Of a stretch of 64,000 nt of DNA, positions 24,472-36,968 are shown in pieces; within the stretch, counting starts at the first letter, position 1, and the number at the start of each line of letters is the position of its first letter. The translations under genes were made by a program, and so were the position numbers. Source of the stretch: Octopus bimaculoides (taxonomy: Eukaryota); NCBI RefSeq assembly GCF_001194135.2, contig NC_068989.1, forward strand, positions 72,652,788 to 72,716,787, given 5' to 3'. The notes beneath the pieces are model-generated. The model had not been told where the DNA came from and searched no databases. It worked only from the letters and a program-made list of their open reading frames with translations.

Positions 24472-25064
24472 GTATTGTTTTTAAAATTGTGCTTTTATCA
24501 TCTGTTTGTCTAAATTTGTCTGCTCCTGCACCAGAATTAAGTCAAAAGTCTCAAATACTTGCTTAATCTATTGGTTGCTGACTAAATGTATGTGTAGGAA
24601 ATAAAAAGAGAGAAAAATAAATAAATAACAAAGAAAATCGAATATTGTGTGTGTGTGTATGTGTGTGTATTTGCATACACGTACTCAGCATACGCATATG
24701 TATATAGTGAGTTATATTTATCAAATTTGATCGGCAGAATGATGCAAAATTAATTGACTGAAGGGCTGAGTTTCGGGCATGGCGCTTAGCAAGTCAGTTG
24801 GATAAGTCGTGCAACGAATCTCTCGGTCCTTGCCCTCGTGTACTGATTTCTAGTAATCTTGTCTGTCTGCTCAAGTCTTTATACACACTTGCGCGTGCAC
24901 ACACGTATAGGTGTGTGTGAGTGCATGTATGTATGTATGTATGTATGTATGTATGTATGTATGTATACACATACACACACAGGCACACACATATACATAT
25001 ATACATGTCATGAGTTGATTCCACCAGGTATGTATGAAAAGGTAAAGAAAAATTATCTCCCCGA

Positions 25065-25150
25065 GTTATACTGGCTCACGAGGTCCGGTTTCCCGGTTTC
25101 ATGTCGTATATATTCCCCACCTGGACGGGACGCCAATCCGTCATGTCTCA
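25065..25150 (-). mobile_element. SINE family B 3' fragment
   Basis: ccggtttcccggtttca..ccccacctggacgggacgcca matches 607-660. Confidence 0.7.
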
Positions 25151-25151
25151 T

Positions 25152-25456
25152 CGGTAGATAATACCGTGATGACATTTTCGGACAGCTGCTTATGTTGTGA
25201 TAATTTCAGTGTGAACTTCACAAACACTGCATCGGTTGTCACATTTTGCTGCTTTTCCTGCATCCCTATCCCTTTTGTGCATCAGATACTTGGTAGATAT
25301 TTCCTGTTCCTGGATTGCAAACGCATACCCTTCAAAATGGAAGATAGTAGTCCGGCTATTCGTCCATGATAAACTGCTTTGATGATTAATGTTACTATCA
25401 TCACGGAACTTTCTACTAACATATCCATGCATAGTGTTCTGCTCATATAGGCTCAT
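25152..25456 (-). mobile_element. RLE-type LINE fragment (second family), pre-knuckle and start of CCHC
   Basis: MHGYVSRK..FEGYAFAIQEQEISTKYL..DNRCSVC parallels EGFILAAQDQSL..CRIC in the other RLE fragments. Confidence 0.8.
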
Positions 25457-25489
25457 CCTTTCATCTATGATATGTTATGGTAGAGTCGT

Positions 25490-25625
25490 GCATGTATGTA
25501 TGTATGAATGTATGTATGTATGTATGTATGTATGAATGTATGTATGTATGTATGTATGTATGTATGTATGTATGTATGTATGTATGCGTGTGTGTGTGTA
25601 TGTATGCATGTATGTATGTGTGTAT
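25490..25625. repeat. (ATGT)n microsatellite
   Basis: Direct reading. Confidence 0.9.
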
Positions 25626-26128
25626 ACCCATAATTATACATACACCCGAAAACACTTATCCGCAATCATGTCATAACAGGTCTTTAAAGCAGACATGCAG
25701 GCCTGCACCTAGATGCGCGAACGTGCACACACACACATACACACATACACATACACATACATACATATATAGTTAGATAGATACAAGTATGGATATAGAT
25801 TACATACACACATTGGCACACGCACGCGTACACACACACACGTACACACACATACTCACTCACTCACGCACGTACTCACAAATTTAACATGATTACCATC
25901 TTTTCAAGCTCTGCAAAATGTTATCAACAATGAAAGCAGTGGTTCAAACTCCTTCAAAGTATTTATCGGCTTCCAGGACTCGAGATTCCTACATGTACCG
26001 GACTAAGTAAACTTCTTTCTTATTAATGGCAACATAATAATGTGTTAGGTTCCAATTGTATTCATTTCAGTTGAGTATCATATATTCCAGGCTAAAATTT
26101 GATGATAAGATTAGCGAATCATTTTATA

Positions 26129-26173
<45 letters not shown>

Positions 26174-26405
26174 CTCTTTCTCTCCCTCTCTTTCACACAC
26201 ACACGTGCACACTCAGACACATATAGACATACGCACACAAATATATTACCTTGGTCAACGGCCGGAGAAACTTCGTAGTCACCGTTACCACTTACCCTTG
26301 TGAACAAAAGCACCAAGCTTTACCCCTAGGTATTGAACGCTTCTTCGGTTAAACTTTATCTCAATGTACATTTACACATCACACACGTCACTAATAGTGT
26401 ATGCT

Positions 26406-26437
<32 letters not shown>

Positions 26438-27148
26438 CATGTGTGTTTATTTGATAATACATTTAATTCTTTTAATTTGGGATCTTGGCAAATAACTACT
26501 TAATTGGAAATAGTTGATAGAGTTGAATATTTAGCTTTAAATAGACCATATTTAACACTTAAGGACTACGTCAGACTTTTATTAGTAATCCAGCTTAAAA
26601 ATGGAAAAAAAAACCTAAAAATATAAGTCGGGTAAAGTTAATAAACGGACCTTAAATGCAGTAATCCTTGAAATTAATCAAACACCCGATTTACCTTTAT
26701 GAAGTAACAGTATTTCCGTTATTTATTGGCTTGGAAGCATTTGCAATAAGCATCTACATCGATTCACCCAATTTGGTATAATCGAATTTTACCCTTCAAT
26801 AACTAAATCTTTGCTTTAAAATGCACTAGTTCTCACCAGGAATTCATGTCAATCAATGATTTCGTTATTAAAATAATTATGCGTGCAAGAAGATCATTGA
26901 TTTCTTTCAATAATATTCTATGGCTAATGAAAAATAATTCTAATTCTAGACTCTACTAATATTTGTTAGCTTATTGATATTCATAGTTTAAATTTATCAC
27001 TTGAATTTGCTAATTTATATTGTGATTTATAGCGAATGGAAATGCTTATTACACTTAATAAGAATGCTTAACAGTTACAAAAATCTTATTGAGTTATTTG
27101 AAAGTTTACATCTGAAGATTACTGTTGATAATAATATATTACTAACGG

Positions 27149-27407
27149 AAGACGGCGTGCTGGCAGAAATGTTAGCATGCCGGGCGAAATGCATTCGTGT
27201 ATTTCGTCTACCGTTACGTTCTGAGTTCAAACTCCACCGATGTCGACTTTGCTTTTCATCTTTTCGGGGTCGATTAAGTAAATACCAGTTACGCATTGGG
27301 GTCTGTGAAATCTGCTTAATTCTTGCGTCTGTCCTTGTTTCTCCCCTCTATGTTTAGCTCTCTGCACGCCTTTTGTTTGTCTCCTCTGGGCAATAAAGAA
27401 ATAAGAA
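27149..27407 (+). mobile_element. SINE family D, first unit of a tandem dimer
   Basis: Head gacggcgtgctggcagaa through tail gggcaataaagaaataagaa. Confidence 0.9.
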
Positions 27408-27600
27408 ACGTTAGTACGCAGGGCGAAATGCTTAGCGGTATTTCGTCTGCCGTTACGTTCTGAATTCAAATTACGCCGAGGTCTACTTTGCCTTTCATCT
27501 TTTCGGGGTCGATAAATTAAGTACCAGTTACCCACTGGGGTCGATGTAATTGACTTAACCCCTTTGTCTGTCCTTGTTTGTCCCCTCTTTGTTTAGCGTC
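27408..27600 (+). mobile_element. SINE family D, second unit, lacking the first ~15-20 nt
   Basis: Starts acgttagtacgcagggcgaaatgcttagcgg. Confidence 0.9.
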
Positions 27601-27874
27601 TTTATAGACTTTTATAGAGAGACACAACACCCTCCCTCTTTTGTCTCTCACTCTTCCCCTTACACTCTTATTCTCTCTCCCTTTTTTTTCGCTCTTCGCC
27701 TTTCCCTTCAACTGNNNNNNNNNNNNNNNNNNNNNNNNNNNNNNNNNNNNNNNNNNNNNNNNNNNNNNNNNNNNNNNNNNTCCTCCTTCAACTAATCACG
27801 TGGAAGTGTTACGGACGGGCTAAGTAACGGGAGAACAAGCAGAGTTATTATAAGATTATCATTATAGTAGAGTC

Positions 27875-27975
27875 ATTACCACAGAGGGCAAAATGCTTAT
27901 CGTCGTTTCTTCCAACTTTACATTCTGAATTCAAATGCCACCGGGGTCGACCTTGCTTTTCATCCTTTCGGGGTG
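27875..27975 (+). mobile_element. SINE family D fragment
   Basis: gcaaaatgcttatcg..ctgaattcaaat..ggtcgaccttgcttttcatcctttcgggg. Confidence 0.7.
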
Positions 27976-28160
27976 GTGCGTTGACTTCTTGAGCCAAACA
28001 CTTCATCTCATGTTAGTCTGCAATCACTTCGATACCTGACTCGTGGCTCACAGTACACCTGTTCAGACAACGTCGATTTGATGGAGAGAGTGAACTAATG
28101 TGCGGTACGAACATTTGATCACTGATTACTATAAACAATTCATCTGTGCAAGTCGCGCGG
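27976..28160 (+). mobile_element. SINE fragment with family B-like body and a different tail
   Basis: ttcttgagccaaacacttcatctca resembles the reverse complement of 712-735. Confidence 0.45.
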
Positions 28161-29094
28161 CAAAAGCTGAATACTCATTCGTCATCTTCGACGGGGGAAT
28201 CCACTATATATATACATAATATATGTATGTATATATATATATATATNNNNNNNNNNNNNNNNNNNNNNNNNNNNNNNNNNNNNNNNNNNNNNNNNNNNNN
28301 NNNNNNNNNNNNNNNNNNNNNNNNNNNNNNNNNNNNNNNNNNNNNNNNNNNNNNNNNNNNNNNNNNNNNNNNNNNNNNNNNNNNNNNNNNNNNNNNNNNN
28401 NNNNNNNNNNNNNNNNNNNNNNNNNNNNNNNNNNNNNNNNNNNNNNNNNNNNNNNNNNNNNNNNNNNNNNNNNNNNNNNNNNNNNNNNNNNNNNNNNNNN
28501 NNNNNNNNNNNNNNNNNNNNNNNNNNNNNNNNNNNNNNNNNNNNNNNNNNNNNNNNNNNNNNNNNNNNNNNNNNNNNNNNNNNNNNNNNNNNNNNNNNNN
28601 NNNNNNNNNNNNNNNNNNNNNNNNNNNNNNNNNNNNNNNNNNNNNNNNNNNNNNNNNNNNNNNNNNNNNNNNNNNNNNNNNNNNNNNNNNNNNNNNNNNN
28701 NNNNNNNNNNNNNNNNNNNNNNNNNNNNNNNNNNNNNNNNNNNNNNNNNNNNNNNNNNNNNNNNNNNNNNNNNNNNNNNNNATATATTGATTTCTAACAT
28801 AGGTAAAAGGCCGCGAATAGCTTGATGAGAGGCAGGAAACAACACAGTATATCGAATCCAGTACTAGACTGATACCTTATATTATCTATCTCAGAAAGAT
28901 AAGGACGGCTTCTAAGAAGAATGTAAACGAGGCGAACGGGGAAGTTTCTCTGGTTTTTTTGCTCGATCTGCTAAAAATAGCAACGAAACTCCTTTAAATA
29001 AAACACATTGTTTTCTCTTCTCCTGGCGTTTAAACCGCTTTTATTGCAGGATCCGCACTTTACATTTGTGTTTATCTATGCGATCGATGTTTTG

Positions 29095-29480
29095 CTGCAG
29101 TCGACGCGAAGTCGAGCCCAAAAGTATGACTGTTAAAATATGGACGCATGTCGAAGGTGAGCTCGGAAGTATGAGAAAAATGTCGGTTACCGAAGTATGG
29201 GAGGCAGAATCCATCCAGAAGTATGAGGAGTAGAGTCGACACCAGAAATAAGAGCCAAAGTCGATGTGAGAAAATGAAAGATAAAATCTTCTCGATATAA
29301 TAAGAAAAACAAACTGGCTCCCGAAATATTCAAGGACAAAATCTTCATGAATGAAAAATGTGATGAAATGCCAATTCCGAAGGTGCTGCACGAAGCAAAA
29401 TCGACCCGAAAGCTTGAAAAGCAGATTTGATTCTGAAATCATGAGAGTCAAAGTCGACCCGGAAATATAAGAGACAAAAT
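29095..29480. repeat. Degenerate 26-27 bp minisatellite (about 14 units)
   Basis: aagtatg at 29167, 29193, 29219; units begin at 29401, 29427, 29454. Confidence 0.75.
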
Positions 29481-29818
29481 TGTTGTTGTTGGCACGACGT
29501 CGAGGGTTCCAGTTGATCCGATCAACGGAACAGCCTAATCGTGAAATTAACGTGCAAGTGGCTGAGTATTCCACAGACACGTGTACCCTTAACGTAGTTC
29601 TCGGGGATATTCAGCGTGACAGAGAGTGTGACAAGGCTGACCCTTTGAATTACAGGCACAACAAAAACGGGAAGTAAGAGCGAGAGAAAGTTGTGGTGAA
29701 AGAGTACAGCAGGGTTCGCCACCATCGCCTGCCGGAGCCTCGTGGAGCTTTAGGTGTTTTCGCTCAATAAACACTCACAACGCCCGGTCTGGGAATCGAA
29801 ACCGCGATCCTATGACCG
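29481..29818 (-). mobile_element. SINE family C (head runs into gap)
   Basis: High identity to 14665-15003. Confidence 0.92.
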
Positions 29819-30523
29819 NNNNNNNNNNNNNNNNNNNNNNNNNNNNNNNNNNNNNNNNNNNNNNNNNNNNNNNNNNNNNNNNNNNNNNNNNNNNNNNNNN
29901 NNNNNNNNNNNNNNNNNNNNNNNNNNNNNNNNNNNNNNNNNNNNNNNNNNNNNNNNNNNNNNNNNNNNNNNNNNNNNNNNNNNNNNNNNNNNNNNNNNNN
30001 NNNNNNNNNNNNNNNNNNNNNNNNNNNNNNNNNNNNNNNNNNNNNNNNNNNNNNNNNNNNNNNNNNNNNNNNNNNNNNNNNNNNNNNNNNNNNNNNNNNN
30101 NNNNNNNNNNNNNNNNNNNNNNNNNNNNNNNNNNNNNNNNNNNNNNNNNNNNNNNNNNNNNNNNNNNNNNNNNNNNNNNNNNNNNNNNNNNNNNNNNNNN
30201 NNNNNNNNNNNNNNNNNNNNNNNNNNNNNNNNNNNNNNNNNNNNNNNNNNNNNNNNNNNNNNNNNNNNNNNNNNNNNNNNNNNNNNNNNNNNNNNNNNNN
30301 NNNNNNNNNNNNNNNNNNNNNNNNNNNNNNNNNNNNNNNNNNNNNNNNNNNNNNNNNNNNNNNNNNNNNNNNNNNNNNNNNNNNNNNNNNNNNNNNNNNN
30401 NNNNNNNNNNNNNNNNNNNNNNNNNNNNNNNNNNNNNNNNNNNNNNNNNNNNNNNNNNNNNNNNNNNNNNNNNNNNNNNNNNNNNNNNNNNNNNNNNNNN
30501 NNNNNNNNNNNNNNNNNNNNNNN

Positions 30524-30795
<272 letters not shown>

Positions 30796-31237
30796 GAAAG
30801 CACTTAGTTGTGTATATATCTGTTTTTGTATATACTTGCATGTATATCTATGTATCTATATGTATGATTTGTGCATGTCATTTTTCTCTCTCTCTTTCTA
30901 CACACATACACACACACGCACACACTCGTATATGTTTGTGCACATATATATAATATTATATAATATACACATGAATGTATATATGCGTATGCATATATAT
31001 ATGTGTATAACTACACAGAGAGAGAGGGGGGGGAGAGAGAGAGAAAACAATAGAGAGAGTGAGAGGAAGGAAAAGACTAAGTGGATAAAAAGAATGAGAC
31101 TTTTACACGTACACTCGTACTCAACTAATATACATGTTAACGTTCCAGCGATCTTGACCGGCAAGGCAGTAGTGGTTTGTTCTCTTGAGTGATTTACTAT
31201 TCATTTACCACCAATTCAAGGATCTAGAGCAGAGGGC

Positions 31238-31292
31238 CAGCCCGCCAGCCCGTCAGCCCGCCAGCACGCCAGCACGCCAGCCAACCCGCCAT
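31238..31292. repeat. GC-rich 8-bp tandem repeat (ccagcccg), about 6 units
   Basis: gccagcccgccagcccgtcagcccgccagcacgccagcacgccagccaacccgcc. Confidence 0.8.
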
Positions 31293-32176
31293 GAGACTGT
31301 TTCTGTTTTATGACCCTCCCTCCCTCNNNNNNNNNNNNNNNNNNNNNNNNNNNNNNNNNNNNNNNNNNNNNNNNNNNNNNNNNNNNNNNNNNNNNNNNNN
31401 NNNNNNNNNNNNNNNNNNNNNNNNNNNNNNNNNNNNNNNNNNNNNNNNNNNNNNNNNNNNNNNNNNNNNNNNNNNNNNNNNNNNNNNNNNNNNNNNNNNN
31501 NNNNNNNNNNNNNNNNNNNNNNNNNNNNNNNNNNNNNNNNNNNNNNNNNNNNNNNNNNNNNNNNNNNNNNNNNNNNNNNNNNNNNNNNNNNNNNNNNNNN
31601 NNNNNNNNNNNNNNNNNNNNNNNNNNNNNNNNNNNNNNNNNNNNNNNNNNNNNNNNNNNNNNNNNNNNNNNNNNNNNNNNNNNNNNNNNNNNNNNNNNNN
31701 NNNNNNNNNNNNNNNNNNNNNNNNNNNNNNNNNNNNNNNNNNNNNNNNNNNNNNNNNNNNNNNNNNNNNNNNNNNNNNNNNNNNNNNNNNNNNNNNNNNN
31801 NNNNNNNNNNNNNNNNNNNNNNNNNNNNNNNNNNNNNNNNNNNNNNNNNNNNNNNNNNNNNNNNNNNNNNNNNNNNNNNNNNNNNNNNNNNNNNNNNNNN
31901 NNNNNNNNNNNNNNNNNNNNNNNNNNNNNNNNNNNNNNNNNNNNNNNNNNNNNNNNNNNNNNNNNNNNNNNNNNNNNNNNNNNNNNNNNNNNNNNNNNNN
32001 NNNNNNNNNNNNNNNNNNNNNNNNNNNNNNNNNNNNNNNNNNNNNNNNNNNNNNNNNNNNNNNNNNNNNNNNNNNNNNNNNNNNNNNNNNNNNNNNNNNN
32101 NNNNNNNNNNNNNNNNNNNNNNNNNNNNNNNNNNNNNNNNNNNNNNNNNNNNNNNNNNNNNNNNNNNNNNNNNNNN

Positions 32177-32231
<55 letters not shown>

Positions 32232-32499
32232 GCACGCACACATACATATTAATGCTTGTTTTATGTTCACTTATAATAAAAATAATATTACATTAGTCTG
32301 ATGTGTTACTCTATACTTCTCAGGAGAGCAAATTTATTATTCTTCAACAAGGATATTATTGAAAGTGACTTCGAAGTTTGTCCGTCTATCCGTCCATCTA
32401 TATGTATGTGTGTATGTGTGTGCGTGTGCGTATGTGTGTGTGTTCCGTCTTTTGGGGAGGCATAAATTTGTGTCTCCTGTTTCCAAGATAAAACGTAGA

Positions 32500-32825
32500 C
32501 TGGTACTCCATCGGATACGACGACGACGGTTCCATTTGATCCGATCAACTGGACAGTTTGCTCGTGAAATTACCTTGCAAGTGGTTCAGCACTCCACAGA
32601 CATATGTAACTGTTACATAACTTTCAGGAAGATTCAGCGTGACAGGGAATGTGACAAGGCTGGCCTTTTGAAAATACAGGTACAACTCATTTTTGGCACC
32701 TGAATGGATTGGAGCAACGTGAAATAGAGTGTCTTGATCAAGTACAAAACGCGCTGTGAGGTGTCGAACTTATAACCTTATAATCTTGAGCCGAATACGT
32801 TAACCACTTAGCCACGTATCTTCAC
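32500..32825 (-). mobile_element. Modular SINE: family B head/body joined to family C 3' half
   Basis: 32690-32825 matches 675-820; 32515-32680 matches 14680-14845. Confidence 0.8.
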
Positions 32826-33339
32826 AAATATGGAGAATGAGAAGAACAAGATAGAATATTATTACTGTTCTTGATGTGGCTGTTGTTTATTTGCAATTCT
32901 GTATCGAGTTAGAAGACATATGACCAAAGGAGGCGTTCAAATCTCGTCCATCTTTTCATTTGTTTGTGCATCAGATAATATATTTCGGTCCAAACGGAAT
33001 ATTGCTGAATGGAATATGATAGAATAAGAGTGAACAAGAATAGAACAGAATGAGCGTAGAATAGAATAAGTGTGGAATAGAACAAAATAAGAGTAGAAAA
33101 ATAGATGAGAATGAAGTAGATAAAAAGAAAACAAAATGGCGGTAGAACAGGTGAAATACAAAGTAAGAAAATAATATATTTACGAGTATAGGTAAGTAAA
33201 TATAGAGACAAGAAATAAATAGAGGAATGTCTTATATAAAATGTAGAACTCTCTATCTCTCTCTTTCTCTATCTATCTATTTATGCATATATGTATGTGT
33301 ACATATGTGAATATATGTATGTCTATATATATATGTATG

Positions 33340-33429
<90 letters not shown>

Positions 33430-34415
33430 AGCAATTAAATAGATACATATATAGATAGATAAATATGTAAGTAGATAGATAGATGAGAGATGGGAGACAA
33501 GAGAGAGAGAGTATAAGTGAATAGAGAAAAAGTAAAAGAGCGAAAAAGTGACAAAGAGTTTGTTTCTGTGTGTGGGGGGGTGTATGTGAGTGTGTGCGTG
33601 TGTGTGTGCGTGTGTGTGTGTGTGTGTGCGTACGTGCGTGTGTGCGGGTGCGCGCGTGCGTACCTGTATATACATTTGCGTGTGTGTGTGTGTGCACGCG
33701 CGCGAGCGCGTGTCTGTGCGTGAGTGATAGATGGGTCAAAAGTTGAGGAAGGATTAAAGTTGTACGGAACAGAAAACTACAAGAGATTAAACTAACCATG
33801 TTATGCTGCATCAAATACTTTTATATTTTCCCTTCCTCTCAATGAACGCTGAAAAATAACATGACAAGAGGAATTTTAGCCGAACGAAACGATTGAATAC
33901 ACAGAAAATTAGCTCTCTTACACAGCTACCCCCTTTCTTCCCCATTTCTTTCATTCTCTCGTACTTTCATTCTCTCGTACTTTCTCTGTATTCGACTGTT
34001 ACTTTCTTCTTTTGTTTTTCCCCTTCTTTTCTTCCTTCATTCCTTCTTTCCTTCCTGTCTTCCTTCATCCCTTACTACTTTTCTTTCCATCTTTGTTTCT
34101 TTCGTTTGTTTCTTTCATGTTTCTCTTTCATTCGTTTATTCCTTTTACTTCTATTATTTTAGATTTTCGGAACACCTTAGACAAATATAATAACGTTATG
34201 CTTGAAACTTTGTCTGGGGAGTCTCTGTTTAGGAGATTCTCTACATATTCCCTACAGGTATATTACTATTACAAATGTCTATATTCAAGAGGTTATTACT
34301 AATTATAACAACAACATTGATATTCATTATGCATTTCCTCTACTGTAATAAAACACGTGTAACATGGAATTAGAAATATACCAAATTTTTAATATACGTA
34401 ATGTATGTTTAATAT

Positions 34416-34696
34416 GTGGAGGCGCAATGGCCCAGTGGTTACGGCAGCAGACTCGCGGTCATAGGATCGCGGCTTCGATTCCCAGACCGGGCGTTGTGAG
34501 TGTTTATTGAACGAAAACACCTAAAGCTCCACGAGTCTTCGGCAGGGGATGGTGGCGAACCCTGCTGTACTCTTCCACCACAACTTTCTCTCACTCTTAC
34601 TTCCTGTTTCTGTTGTGCCTGTAATGCAAAGGGTCGGCCTTGTCACACTGTGTCACGCTGAATATCCCCGAGAACTACGTTAAGGGTACACGTGTC
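34416..34696 (+). mobile_element. SINE family C (3' part in gap)
   Basis: gtggaggcgcaatggcccagtggtt..gcttcgattcccagaccgg. Confidence 0.92.
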
Positions 34697-34971
34697 NNNN
34701 NNNNNNNNNNNNNNNNNNNNNNNNNNNNNNNNNNNNNNNNNNNNNNNNNNNNNNNNNNNNNNNNNNNNNNNNNNNNNNNNNNNNNNNNNNNNNNNNNNNN
34801 NNNNNNNNNNNNNNNNNNNNNNNNNNNNNNNNNNNNNNNNNNNNNNNNNNNNNNNNNNNNNNNNNNNNNNNNNNNNNNNNNNNNNNNNNNNNNNNNNNNN
34901 NNNNNNNNNNNNNNNNNNNNNNNNNNNNNNNNNNNNNNNNNNNNNNNNNNNNNNNNNNNNNNNNNNNNNNN

Positions 34972-35004
<33 letters not shown>

Positions 35005-35007
<3 letters not shown>

Positions 35008-35165
35008 GACGGGGTTCTTTCAGTTTCCGATTACCAAATCCACACACAAGACTTTGGTCAGCCCAAGGCTATAGAAGACACTTGCCCAGGTGCCATGCAG
35101 TGCCACTGAATCCGGAAGCATGTGCTTGATATGCAAGGTGCTTACCACACAGCTACTCCTGCGCT
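35005..35165 (-). mobile_element. SINE family A 5' half
   Basis: cgacggggttctttcagtttccg..ttaccacacagctactcctgcgc. Confidence 0.85.
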
Positions 35166-35759
35166 TACATATATATATATGTATCATACTTGAAGCAGAT
35201 ACACCATTGAAAGCCTAAGTAAATGCGGTATTCATCATAAGATAGTGTCTCTTATAAAGGTTCTGTGCTGAAAAACACTGAAATATATCAGTAGCAGGCA
35301 GGAATTGCTTAGCAGCCGTGACAACATTGCTAAATGTGTATTTCTGCCTAATTGACCTTCGTTGGTATCAAATCAACTGCCACCGATATAGTAAAAAAAG
35401 GGATTGGAAAATAGCTAACGTGAAATTAGCTGGCCCACTGAATAAAAATACGGACTTTGAGACAGAAATGCATTAATTTAAAGGGGCAATCTATGTAAAG
35501 CAGGTATATATTAGAAAACCTATTTAGGCCCTGTATTCATACTAGGATGGTATCTCTTATAGACGTATATTATTAAAAAAACAAAACTATATAAGCAGTA
35601 GATTTCGCTACTAGCCGATTTTCATTGCAGCTAATGTGTTTTTATTCTGCTAACCTGCTAATTGCAACATTAGTTATTTTTCACACACTTGTACACTATA
35701 GTGAATATGCATGATACCTCTCCACTGTCATGTCTTACTAGACATGTCTTCGATGATTT

Positions 35760-35761
35760 TT

Positions 35762-35798
<37 letters not shown>

Positions 35799-36030
35799 CA
35801 ACAGTAGCATCAGCAGTAGTAGTAATAGTGATAATTGTGGTGGTGGTCGTCGTGGTGTTCGTGGTCGTGGTGGTAATAGTGGTATTAGTTCTCGTGGTGG
35901 TGGTGTTCTTAGTGTTGGTCCTACTGATGTTGGTGCTGGTGGAGTTGGCTATAGGAATGATAGTGATGGTGAGGGTGGAAACGGTGATAGCGGTGATGAT
36001 GGTGGTGATGAAGGGTGGCAGTTATATACC
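35760..36030. repeat. Degenerate (GTA)n/(GGT)n tract
   Basis: Direct reading. Confidence 0.9.
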
Positions 36031-36129
36031 GTTTAGTCATCTGTTACTGTTGTTTTTGTGGTTTCTTGCGCTTGTGTCGTAGCTGTTGTTGTTGCCACCC
36101 AAGGCTTTCAACGAGCATAGGCCTCTAGG

Positions 36130-36450
36130 AGTCACATACTTCTTACAAAAATCGTGCCCATATCACATAATATCGTGACTCAACTTTTCTTACCTCAACT
36201 GGTCTAGCCTCATTCAACGCTATTCTGAAAGAAATCAAATAATAAAACGAAAAAGACCCTTATAACATTCAAACTATACCTGGGCAAATTCATCCAAAAA
36301 TGCCAGAGAAATCACCGACACTAGCTAGGATAATTTCATCAGACAACAACTTCCATTATGAGTAGGTTATGGCATCCTAAAACATGACTTCAAAATTAAG
36401 TTAGATACGTCCTGGGCCAATAATGTCCCGATCCTATCTAAGTTATTTAA
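36130..36450 (+). mobile_element. CR1-type LINE 3' end, decayed
   Basis: FNAILKEIK..TFKLYLGKFIQK; terminus tgggccaat..ctaagttat resembles the end of 46503-46560 (minus). Confidence 0.5.
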
Positions 36451-36469
36451 GAGAATGTGTTGATTAGAA

Positions 36470-36720
36470 ATAGAGATTATGTTTGTTACTCCTTTGTTTA
36501 GTCCAATAATTCGACTCATATCGAAACAGGATCGAAATGTAAGACGTTAAAAACTCAGTGATTTCTAATAGCGTGTAGTTGAGGTCTTCAATGATAAAAG
36601 AATTTTGAAAGCCAGATTTTGATAAAAATATATTAAAATTGGAATTTATAAGAATATTGTAGACAGTGAAGACCAATTTTTGCTTTCTTTTAGTACAAGT
36701 TACATAATTACAACTTATTA
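36470..36720 (-). mobile_element. Possible APE endonuclease remnant (CR1/L2-type)
   Basis: SFIIEDLNYTLLEITEFL resembles the IIGDLN motif; a single motif only. Confidence 0.35.
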
Positions 36721-36740
36721 ATAAGCAACTTTCTTTATTA

Positions 36741-36780
<40 letters not shown>

Positions 36781-36781
<1 letters not shown>

Positions 36782-36968
36782 AATTAAAAACGTAAAAATA
36801 AAAACACAACACAAAGGATTCCGCGGTACACGTGTTTCAAGCTTTATAGTCGTTGCATCATTATATGGGTATATATATATATATATAATAATGCAACGAC
36901 TATAAAGCTTGAAACACGTGTACCGCAGAATCCTTTGTGTTCTGTTTTTATTTTTACGTTTTTAATTT
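36781..36968. repeat. Long inverted repeat, about 84-bp arms around a (TA)n spacer
   Basis: 36781-36864 versus 36885-36968; 3 mismatches. Confidence 0.95.

Noticed and set aside
29050-29156. Apparent exon (ttttattgcAG ... GAAG|GTGAGC) with one open frame
   Set aside because: It overlaps the 26-27 bp minisatellite, whose period is not codon-phased; the peptide is unrecognisable.
29095-29480. CRISPR-like periodicity
   Set aside because: Units are contiguous and degenerate, with no conserved repeat plus unique spacer, and the context is eukaryotic.
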